This document shows, in pieces, positions 53,701 through 64,000 of a DNA stretch of 64,000 bases. Position 1 is the stretch's first letter. The number at the start of each line of letters is the position of its first letter. The DNA is from Paraspadella gotoi (lineage: Eukaryota > Animalia > Chaetognatha): contig CM119264.1 of the NCBI GenBank assembly GCA_051294375.1, positions 18,768,266 through 18,832,265 on the forward strand. The letters run 5' to 3'. The notes beneath the pieces were generated by a model. The model was not told where the DNA came from. It saw only the letters and a list, made by a program, of their open reading frames with translations, and did not search any database. The position numbers and the translations under genes were made by a program.

Positions 53701-54575
53701 GTTTACTCCCTTATTGCCCAAATAAGACCACAACTAATCTCTCTCGCTCTCTCTCAAGAATAATTTATATTCTTTTCAATATTATACCCAATATTTCTTA
53801 TACGCCTCTTCTATTCCGTGCACGCCAGCTTTTTTTCATGTTGCTATACAAAAATGTTTCTGCGACACAATTTATTTTCACAATTCTAAGCGCTCCACAT
53901 ATGTTATCTTCATGCGTTTTCCAGCAGACTGTTCTATATTTATATTAATAAATTCTATGTCCCTCTATACCCTCATCTTCATTTCTTTATACATTTTTCC
54001 CGTGAAGCGAACACATACTTGACTTTTTCCTTCACATTCTCCTCATCCTCGATTCTTCACTCGACTTACTACAGAAAGAGTCCTACAATTTTTTCATTTA
54101 ACTTACCCTGCATGTCTCTTCTCCATGCGACACTCCGTATGCCACATTTTTCAACACAGCAGACTTCTCTCATTTTTATTCCCCTTCACTCTCGTCATCA
54201 TTACAAATTTCCGACTTTTCCGAAATTTATTCCCTCCGTATTCATCCGCATGAGACCCGATTTTCGTTAACGATGATTCGAGTTTTACTTTTACGAAATA
54301 CCCCAAGCGATTCGATTGTCTTTCTGCTTTTTCTGAAGAGTCCATGAATACGGTATGTGTATTCGATATTGTTATATCACGATATGTTATTCCCTTTTAT
54401 TTTATTCTCTGCGTGCAATACCTCTTTCTCGCGCGCCTATTGCCTACGACGCGAAACATTCTTTCAAAAGGAAGGAACCCCTACTCCGCCGCCGAGGGAT
54501 AAGTTCCGCGCTGAGTCGCGAATGGACCTAATCAGCGTCGAGATAGTGGAGGGAAAGTCAACCATATGCCTCTCT

Positions 54576-54634
<59 letters not shown>

Positions 54635-57600
54635 TCTCCCTCTCTAACCACGAAGGCTTAGAGTCTTGAATCCCGTTTTTTTTGGTCCCAGGATAAAAAG
54701 GGGAATGATTCATGATGCCAGTCACACTCTTGGGCTTTAGAGATACAGAGGCCCATAGACGAAGCTCATCTCTCCGAATCCCGAAGCCCCGGTCCCTCGC
54801 GGACCGCGACGCCTGTCGGCGAAATATCGACGTTCGTTTCGAACAGAGAACCGTCCACTAGAAACCGACCTTGCCATCGCCTAAAAACAAAAGGGAAACA
54901 AATAACAAAAAAGGCGAAGAAACGCTGCAAAACGAAGGGCCAATATCGATGGACGATGGCAAGGAGGCTGATGTTATGAATATTATTTTTTCTGAAATAA
55001 AAGAGAAAATTTGACAATTTGGGGAAAATAATGGCGAGTATGTGATACAAAAGTAGTAATAGCAAATAGAAGAAGTTTTGGGGCGCAAGTAATTATGAAA
55101 AAATCTGAATATTACGATAAATACGTAACAAAGCAAAAAATAATTCTGATTTAGTCAGAACTTTAAAAAAAATTTGTGTAGGTTTTTATCAATAACTCAA
55201 TCCAATCATTTTTCTCCAGCTTCGCCTTCATTTCTTCGTCGAATCAACCGGAGACGTAAAGTCCCAGTTAATTAAAGTCGGCGAATCAAAGAAGCGAAAA
55301 CTCGGTTCGCCGCCCGCCGCTTTCCTGGTCAATCGATCCATGTTTGCTCAGCTGCTGGAGACGCGATGCGGATTTTCGCGGAATTTGCTCAGTCAGTCCG
55401 TCTTTACTTTTCCCTCATGTGTCTCGTCTCCGTTTTTGCTCATGTATTCTCTCGATTGCTCTCGCTCCTTGTTATCTCGGCGCCGGCGCTTCATAGAGAT
55501 TGCTTTTACATAATGCCATTTTGGTTTTGTTCACGCTTGGAGAGTGAAGTCGTGGTGCCAGTGCGTCGTAGAAAGGACGGAGGTGAATACGAATAACTCT
55601 CTCGACTCTCCCGCACCCTGTGAAAAGAAAACTCGAAAAGTATTTCGACGCTTTTTTATCGTGTGTGGGGCGCGAAGCCGTAATGACGAGGGAGGAGTAG
55701 CTCTCGCGTGTCCTTGACCATGTGTAAGTACGATAACGTACATGCGAGTCTCGAAGTCTAGGAATATCGACAAGAATTGTTGTTAGATTATGAAGCTCTT
55801 GAAATTCGGAGCGGAGACTTGGACGGCAGGTTGAAGTGGCTGAGGGGGCTGGCTCCAAAAAAGAGATAACGAATAAGCTCGGGTTTGTATTTGCAGAAAA
55901 ATGCCAACATCAACACGAGTAGGAATATAGAAGCGTCAAGTGGAAGTCGACGGGTAGGCTCCTCTTCAGTGAACTGTCTCTCACGAGCGCGAAAGAGTGA
56001 TATGCTCTCTTAAAATTAACGTCAATTATCCAAAACATAGTTTATAATTGAAGAAATTAGAGTACAATATCTCTCGACGCATTTATCTCCATACTCGCAC
56101 GCTGTGATTACAACTAAATCCTCATAGGAGATATATCTACTACTATTTTCGAGGGAGTGAGAGTTTTCGGTCGAGAGGGCTGAGAGGGTGTCGAGATTTA
56201 GGTGAAATTACCATTTTTTTTATTGCGATACTAAAACCCCCCCTTCCCACCCACGGTAGCTCCTTCCGCAGTCAGAAAGTCCAAGGTGTTCCTCAAGGAA
56301 TCGGATGTGTGAGAAGTATGATTAATGGGACACTCGAATATCCGCGCGCGATTGACCCCGCTTTAAGTTATATGACACAAAGGTAACATGTACAAAGGAG
56401 TAATGGCAAATAAGTGCACAAGAAGCGCCCAAGTGATCATCGATACAGAATACGAGACAGTATGAAGATCGTACGACAAGAAAAGACATCTCCGTCAATC
56501 TCAGGGTAAATCGATGGATTAATTGATATAGATGATTGGTTATAGGAAATGGTGGATAGTGACAGTTACGTAAAATGGACATCGTCCTGGTTGAGAAAAT
56601 AAAAAAAACCGACGGGTGTTGCCGGTATATTCCACACCGCACATTGCGATCAGTATATCGTTTTATGCCAAATTCCCAATGGCCTCAAGAGCGGGGAAAC
56701 GCACACAATCCCGGGGGCGATACTTCACTCCAACAGAGACCTTCTCTACTCCAGTGTATGGACATAGTGCTGAAGACTTTACCTTTTTAAGAGGCTAACT
56801 CGCTGCCTCTGACCTCCAGGACGCTGCTAACATTAACAGTAGAATGCCCATCACTCACAGGTATAACAACTGCACAGGGCAACCCGGCTGTTGCCATTAC
56901 GGCGTATTTCTTGCCTTTTTTTGGCTTATGATGAAATTGGTGATGATGACTTTTACTCTCAAATGCCAGTGACAGGCGACCTGCTCAGGACGACGACGTA
57001 ACGGACGAGACTGACTTTTAGCTCGCGGCCTCACACTCGTCGCCCATTCAATTCATCAGTCTGTCTTCACTTAGTGATCCACCAGTACCTCGTATCAAAT
57101 CCTCAGTGTCAGTTAATCGGGTCTGCGAATACGTCTTTCGTGCTTCTATGTGTTTAGCGCTCTGCACTTATTACGCTTCGGATCAGGAGCGTGCGATAAA
57201 ATGGAGCTGATTGGAGGGTGGAGAAGGCAAAAGGAGTGATGGGCGAGTATCCTAAAAGATTACTATCCTGATTGTTTGATAACACCCTGTAATAGAGGGT
57301 ACGAGATTAACAGTGATAGCGCACTTCACAAAAACTGAATGAAAAGAGGATGGAAGCGAAGACATTCCCGGAGTGATTACGGGAGTGCGATTGAGTGATT
57401 GAGGCCAGGTTGACCTAGACTTTCCAAGTAGTCCTGACGAGATGAAAATTGCGCGAGTGAGAGAAGAGAGAGAGAGAAGAGCTGAGTGTGAAATAGAGAA
57501 GGAGTGAAGCAGCAGAATTGATGGCCTCGACAAAGAGAGAGCGGAATTTAAGTGAATGAAAACGAGAAGGATAAAGGAAAATATTTTTTTTTCTTTCCCC

Positions 57601-60600
57601 TATTGAAAAATGCTTTTGTTATTACAAAATAAAGGATTTTCACGGATATAATGTAACGTTCAACATGGTAGGGTCCGCTGACTTTTAATGTTTTCTTAGA
57701 TAAATCACGTTATTTGCTTCGAGGTTCTCTCTGGTTAATCAACTGATTTATTCCGCGAGCGCTTCTGTTTACTTTTAAATCTCCTTGGCGACGGCAGGCT
57801 TCTGCGGCATTCAGATAAAAAACAGTCGCGTTTGCTTCGACCGAGATGTTGCGAAGTGAAAGCATGAAAATAAAAAAAAAAGAAAGAGACTTACGAGTTT
57901 AATTGCCGACAAATTTTTTTTCCTTCGCTTCGATCTCTTTGCTTTCTTCTCCGCGCCAAGAAATTGCTTTCATTGCCTTTTATTCCTCCGAGAATATATG
58001 GACTTATTAAACAAATCCCGAAATACGCTCTTGTGATCGTACAGTCGCGGATCTCGCATTCTCAACCTTAATCCTTCTCCATCGTTCCAAAACTCATCGC
58101 TCCAAGATCTTCCAGCGCGGAAGAATCCGCTTTCGATAGATGATGGGGGGCCGTTCGCCGGGGAAAGCCTGCTGCAGTAGGAATGGCCTCTGCTGGAAAT
58201 TGGTATTACTGAAGAGGAATCGCGTCGCATCAACACAGTCGCCAGCCAGTGTTGAATGAAGCGATCATCATTGAAGGGATTTTTTGACTTAAAGACAACT
58301 TCAACCCGGTTATAACAAACGAAATGATCTACAGTAGCGACGTGTCTTGGATATTTTTCTTAATTAATCTATTTTTAACTAATTTCATTATTCCCTTAGA
58401 GAAAATCGCTAAATAAAATTTAAGATTACCCCCTTCCCTTAAAACTTTAATGTTCACAATTATCTCATATTAATGCAAAATACGCCGCACACAGAAATAA
58501 TATGTACTCCTTCACTTTATTTCAAATTCATGTCCGCCCTCCACCCGCGGCACAACAGTTTACTTCACTCCCTCGCCCTCCTCCCTCCCATCACAGAAGA
58601 ATTCTTCATGTGACCTCAAAGTCGCTCCTCCTCTCCTTCACTACAAAAAGGGAAGAAAATCCCTAAATCGATACAAATGAGTCGACTCACTCAGAAATAC
58701 ATCTCTCTGTCGTTGGATATAATACTGATTCCTTATCGGATATTCGTGTGGACGTTTACTGACTTCTGTCGCGACTTACGTCCGAACTGTGACCACGTGA
58801 TTCAGGAGACTTGTAAACGCTCAACTCGAATCTCCGCGTCCTTCAACTGCCCGATTTATATTCAGACACGAAGACGACTGCAACGCTCTCCCGCGGACTG
58901 GTCGTGAAAGACCTAAGCAACACTTGTCACATAGCCGATTACAGGTGCGTAATTCCGGTGGTGGTAAGTCTTACGGTAACCCTCGTAATTACACCGTGTC
59001 GGCGTACTTGTGTGGAATATAGCAAATCCCGAGAATGTTTCAGTCCGTGGAAAAGGAGTACCGGTGGCTCAACAACGCCAGCCTAGATAATCACCCGTGA
59101 AATAGCGAACCTCAACTACAACGCCTTCGACAGGCTAGCCGACCGACCTACTCCGGAGCGACCAACCTCGTCTCAGCTATTGTAAAGTAGCTCTGCAAGG
59201 ATAGAATATTTACTGGCGTAACAATCGCTCGTGCGTGAGAGACAAATCTCTCCTCCTCACGGTGTGAACTTTCTCCGTGATGCTTGAGCAAAGACGTTAT
59301 CATGTTCGTCCGGTACGCAGTTCGGGAAAAATCTCGCTTCACTTTCTCCGGCGCTCACGATAAAGGAGAGTGAGGGTGGAGCGCAGTTAACGGACCCACT
59401 CGTTTGCTCGGCGCGGCAAGAAAAACGCCTTCTCGTGCGTGTACTGGAGAGCACAACGGGCACTTATACGCACTAATCAAACTTCCTCGCGTTGCCTCAA
59501 CAATTGAACATAAAAAGTTCACTTTGCGGAACGGTTTGGTGTTCCCGAGGGAAAGCCGACCTTTGCCTTCCGGGGTTTCGTCGGCCGAACATGACACAGC
59601 CCTTCCCAGCCGGGGCTGAGCGATGCCTTCTCTCATCGCGCAGGAGTCTCGCGGCATTGCCAGTTCAGCAAACAGCGGGAATCAAGAACCCGGGAAGGCC
59701 CGGAGGTAAACGACCGGAGAGCGGAACGCCCACGCCGGGTCATGGGAAAGGCGGAAGATAAGGGGGAGACATGGAGGAGAAGCAATTCTGGCGTAGAGGA
59801 GAAGTGAGGAGGAGAGCGAGAGAGAGAGAGAGAGGGAGATTGAGAGAGAGATAGAGCATGAGAACTATTTACGTAACGGAATCAGAGAGAGATGAGAGAG
59901 AAAGGAGAATATACCAAAAGAAGAGGGGAGAAATGTTCAATTTGCAGCCGGCGCGGACGTTAATCAATAAGATGTTGTTATCCCCACAAGATTGTATTTT
60001 TGGTGTTCGGAATAAAGAGTTGAAAAAACCAGGATGGGTTACAATCTACTCGCAAACGTGCCAACAAGGCGACGTAAAACGAAAACCGAGGCGATAGAAG
60101 CATTAAGCCAGAGAGATTTAAACGTTTCAATTTTATCGCCGCCAAGGCGCCACTGGCAGTCATTCAAGTCAAATTGGAGCTTTTTTTATTAAAAAAATAG
60201 CGGAGACAGTGGGCGTCTTCGTCCAAAGGACGGTTTTAAGCCCAAGCCGTTGAATCATGTAGATATATAATAATTATACTGTAAAGAGGTATATTAATAG
60301 TAAGTGATTATAAAAGACTGCTTAATAGCTAATTACGATGGTGCTGCATCAATTGTAGAACTTGTGATTCTCTTTGGCGCCCATTTTTAGTCTCTTGCGT
60401 GTGTCTCAGATTTTTTGTTGTTTTTTTGTTTTGCGTTTGCTTGGGCAATATGATATTCTTGGTTCACGTCAGTCAGGTTTCGTGGCACCAACTTTCAGAA
60501 TTGAAGCTTAGTCTCTTCAGTCATTGGCCGCTTTGAAGAGAAAAAGTTAGCATAAAAGGGTGAGGGAGAAAGAGAGAAGACAGAGACGAGAGAAGCAGAG

Positions 60601-60749
60601 AGAGAGGAGATGAAGAGAGAGAGAAGAGAGGAAGTGACGACGAGAGAGAGAAAAGTAGAAGAGAGAAAGAGGAAGAGAGACATAAAGAAAGCATTCTCAT
60701 CGCTCAGGACCCTTATGGAAGGAAAAGTGACCGAAAACAGTCACCATGG
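50749..60749. other. Low-accuracy gap-fill segment between two 25-N gaps; ORFs here are unreliable
   Basis: 50751-51158 is an insertion-riddled repeat of 50441-50723 from the other side of the gap. Confidence 0.7.
58032..58334 (+). repeat. Dispersed repeat of about 250-300 bp, second copy at 61382-61622
   Basis: Shared ctcaaccttaatcc...cttccagcgcggaa...gggaaagcctgc...ctgctggaaattgg...acccggttata. Confidence 0.8.
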
Positions 60750-61080
60750 NNNNNNNNNNNNNNNNNNNNNNNNNGTGACGAGTGGGGGCTGGCGGTGGTG
60801 GTGGCAAAAACCAATCACGCCGAAGATTGCGGTCAAGTGAAGTCGACGGGAGCCATAACGCCCATAAACCCAGTGAATGTTGCTGTCAAATTTCCCGCGA
60901 TTGACCTGCATCGCTGGTAAACACAAACTCCCTGGATTTTCGATTCGAGGGATGGAGAGTTTTTCGGGTCGAGAGGCTGAGAGGGTGTCGAGATTTGGAT
61001 GGAAGGGGTGGCCGTGAGGTGGCGTGGTGGGATGTGGTGGGAAGATTCTGATTAATGCATATATGCGATTCGGTAAATAG

Positions 61081-61082
61081 AA

Positions 61083-61150
<68 letters not shown>
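61081..61150. repeat. (AAAG)n microsatellite
   Basis: Long perfect run of aaag units. Confidence 0.95.
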
Positions 61151-64000
61151 CTGACAGATAGACTTAATTTAGACATCCACTCAAAATTAACGAGGTTGAC
61201 CGATAGAATATGTCTGATTAACCGATATAAAACCTTTTGTTCTCCTTTATTGTTGCACTTAGAGGAAAAAAGAATCCAAAAATACTAGCTGATTGTGATA
61301 CACCCTGTAATAACTTCCGCCATCACAAAATCATCGGGATTTTCAACTTCCAATCCAACTGGTTAATAATCATCGGACGTCTGTGATCGTAAGTCGCGAC
61401 TCGCCTCTCAACCTTAATCCTCTCCACGTCAAACCGCTCCAAGTCTTCCAGCGCGGAAATCCGCTTTCGAAGATGAGGGGGCGTCGCCGGGAAAGCCTGC
61501 GGGGAGGAAGGGCTCTGCTGGAAATTGGAACGAAGCGCGCTTCACCGGGAAGCGTGAATGAAGCGTCAATGAAAGATTTTTTACTAAAAACTCACCCGGT
61601 TATAAAAAGATGATTTACATAGTTTTAAATTATTTGAAGCTAGAAGTATTCTCTTGTCAAATAGAAGGAAGACTTATTATAGCGTCAGCGGACCAAATAT
61701 TGTCAAGATAGAAGACGCATCAAATAGTATCCCTTTTAATTTTTTTGATTATTTGGTGTAATTCTTGTTGTTAAATTGGCCTTTATAACGAAGAGCTTCA
61801 CTGATCTGCTTAATGATTATTTTATTTGTACGTATTATGGCTTTGTGGATTAAATCGAAGTGAAGTTTAAGCAGTGAGCAATCAGCGAAGCGACCTTGTT
61901 CTTAATCTCAGGTATTTCACTGTCATGTAGACTTGTACTTTGTAGCTTGAGTCCCTCACGAAATCGCCTCTCCGGGAAAAGGAGAGGCGTCGCCGTGCGG
62001 AAGCTTGAAGACCGACGTCGCCTGACTAATGTTCGCGACTCGTCAGAGCGGAAATGCAAAAACAAAAAGTGGAGAAAACCGATGGTGAAAATTGCGGAAC
62101 GGGAGCGGCGGGGCGGGAAATATGGAGNNNNNNNNNNNNNNNNNNNNNNNNNNNNNNNNNNNNNNNNNNNNNNNNNNNNNNNNNNNNNNNNNNNNNNNNN
62201 NNNNNNNNNNNNNNNNNNNNNNNNNNNNNNNNNNNNNNNNNNNNNNNNNNNNNNNNNNNNNNNNNNNNNNNNNNNNNNNNNNNNNNNNNNNNNNNNNNNN
62301 NNNNNNNNNNNNNNNNNNNNNNNNNNNNNNNNNNNNNNNNNNNNNNNNNNNNNNNNNNNNNNNNNNNNNNNNNNNNNNNNNNNNNNNNNNNNNNNNNNNN
62401 NNNNNNNNNNNNNNNNNNNNNNNNNNNNNNNNNNNNNNNNNNNNNNNCGTCTTCGGCCCAAGCGAATATTACGAATGCAGTCGGTGATATAAAAAATGGA
62501 TACAGGCGGCCGTGGAATATACGACGACGGGCGGCGATGTAAAATATGGGAAAGGAATATATGGTGCTGGAGGAAACGAAGCGGTGGAGCTTGAAAAAAA
62601 AAGGAGGGGGGGGTTGGAGGAGCTGGGAAGATTCAATTACCGACTCGATGGATTCGCCGACTGGAAAGGATGAATCCAGGATGTGTCAGCAGTTTAATCT
62701 CTGGTATGAATTGGAATATAGAACTTAGAATACATGGAAATTTTATCATAACAATTCTATTCGGTAAAGAGCAGGCGAAAGAGTTAAGATAAACAAGAAA
62801 TATTTTTTTAAAAAATCCATTAAAGAAATAAGTGTGAATCATTTCGACGGATGTTCGAAGTTGGAATCTGAAGAACTATGGCAGAAAATAAAAGATAATG
62901 GAGAAATGGGATGCGAGGATGAGGAGAAAATGTGAAGGAAAAAGTTTTTGGAGTAAGGAAAAAAAAACAGAGGGAAAGAGTTATGGTTTATGGCGTTCCC
63001 CTTAAGAACGGCTCGGTGGCGGTGACGACGACGGCAGCAGCAGCAGCAGCGACCGCAGCGGCAGCAGCGACGTCAGCGGCTGCTGTGGCGCAAAGAAGAG
63101 ACGATGAATGAAAAAACCACGAATTTTTTTTTTTTTTTTTTTTTTTTTCGCTTTTCTCTCGTTTTTCCCCCTGACTTTTTTTTTTCTCCTTTCTTTCGGG
63201 AAGTGGGAAGAAAAGAAGTGTGGCTTTTTTGTCGGACGGAGAAAAAAAATTGAAAAGAAAAGCAAAACGGAAATAAACGTCAACTAAAAAAAAAAAAGGG
63301 GGAAAAAAATCCGTCTCGGCTGCTCGAGGAATGAAAGGAGGAAAAACCGTAATTAAAAAAAAGGCGAAGACGACGAAGATCGACTGGATTGTTTTCCTTT
63401 ATTTGTTTAGGAATTAGGAAAGAAATGGAGGACCAAGTGCCGAACGCCATAGCGGATTAGAGGAAAAGAAAAGAAGAGGACGGGGAGACACGCGCAATAC
63501 GGAATTAGGAAGGAAAGTTGAGATCAAGCGCCACTCACAATAGCGTTTGAAAAGATATCGAGTGCAGAGCGCAATGCTGGATGAAAACGAGCAAAATAAG
63601 CCAGTCACACTTGCGTCATGATAGATAATGTTCCCTAATCCCTATCAATAATGAAGAAGCGAGAAAGAAAAATAAATCGGCGTAATAAATTGTTGATCAG
63701 ATAAAAAAANNNNNNNNNNNNNNNNNNNNNNNNNNNNNNAATAGATTCGATTTGATCCTCTTTATTTAGTTTTCCTATTGAGTCTCAATGAAATTGGCAA
63801 AGTTGGCCAATGTTGGCAAAGTCATCCGAGGTGGCCTCCTGAGGAACAACGAATGAGAGAGAGTCACTGGCATCGAAGGAGGAGAAAGGAACTCGTCAGA
63901 ACAAGAGAAAAAAAAAGTCGGAAAAAGATCAGACGACATCGAGAGCGAAGGAACGATGAGATGATTAAGAATTCAAGAACAAAAATTAGTAAAATTATGT

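Overview
Eukaryotic (metazoan-like) draft scaffold, rich in (AG)n and CpG microsatellites, with several 25-N gaps and indel-noisy stretches that look like long-read gap fill. The main gene is a spliced immunoglobulin-superfamily (IgSF) cell-surface protein gene on the minus strand, which the ORF track misses. Seven exons join in frame through GT-AG introns: 38745-37395, 37225-37147, 34875-34751, 33729-33614, 25408-25179, 13533-13356 and 4756-4625. They encode a long N-terminal extension, a hydrophobic segment, a V-type Ig domain, a C2-type Ig domain and part of a third Ig domain. Parts of the gene are repeated: direct copies at about 26373-31874, 33473-40758 and 40773-46253, and a 6.7-kb inverted copy (15641-22362 vs 22621-29518). 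These are most likely haplotype or gap-filling artefacts, and one junction carries a SMRTbell-adapter-like remnant. One copy alone carries a 1546-bp LTR (31875-33420) followed by a tRNA-Lys primer-binding site, inserted about 250 bp upstream of the putative start codon. The LTR holds an array of seven CArG-type boxes, an E-box/TATA core promoter, five tandem hairpins, and a splice acceptor just upstream of poly(A) signals. No rRNA, tRNA gene or CRISPR array is supported.
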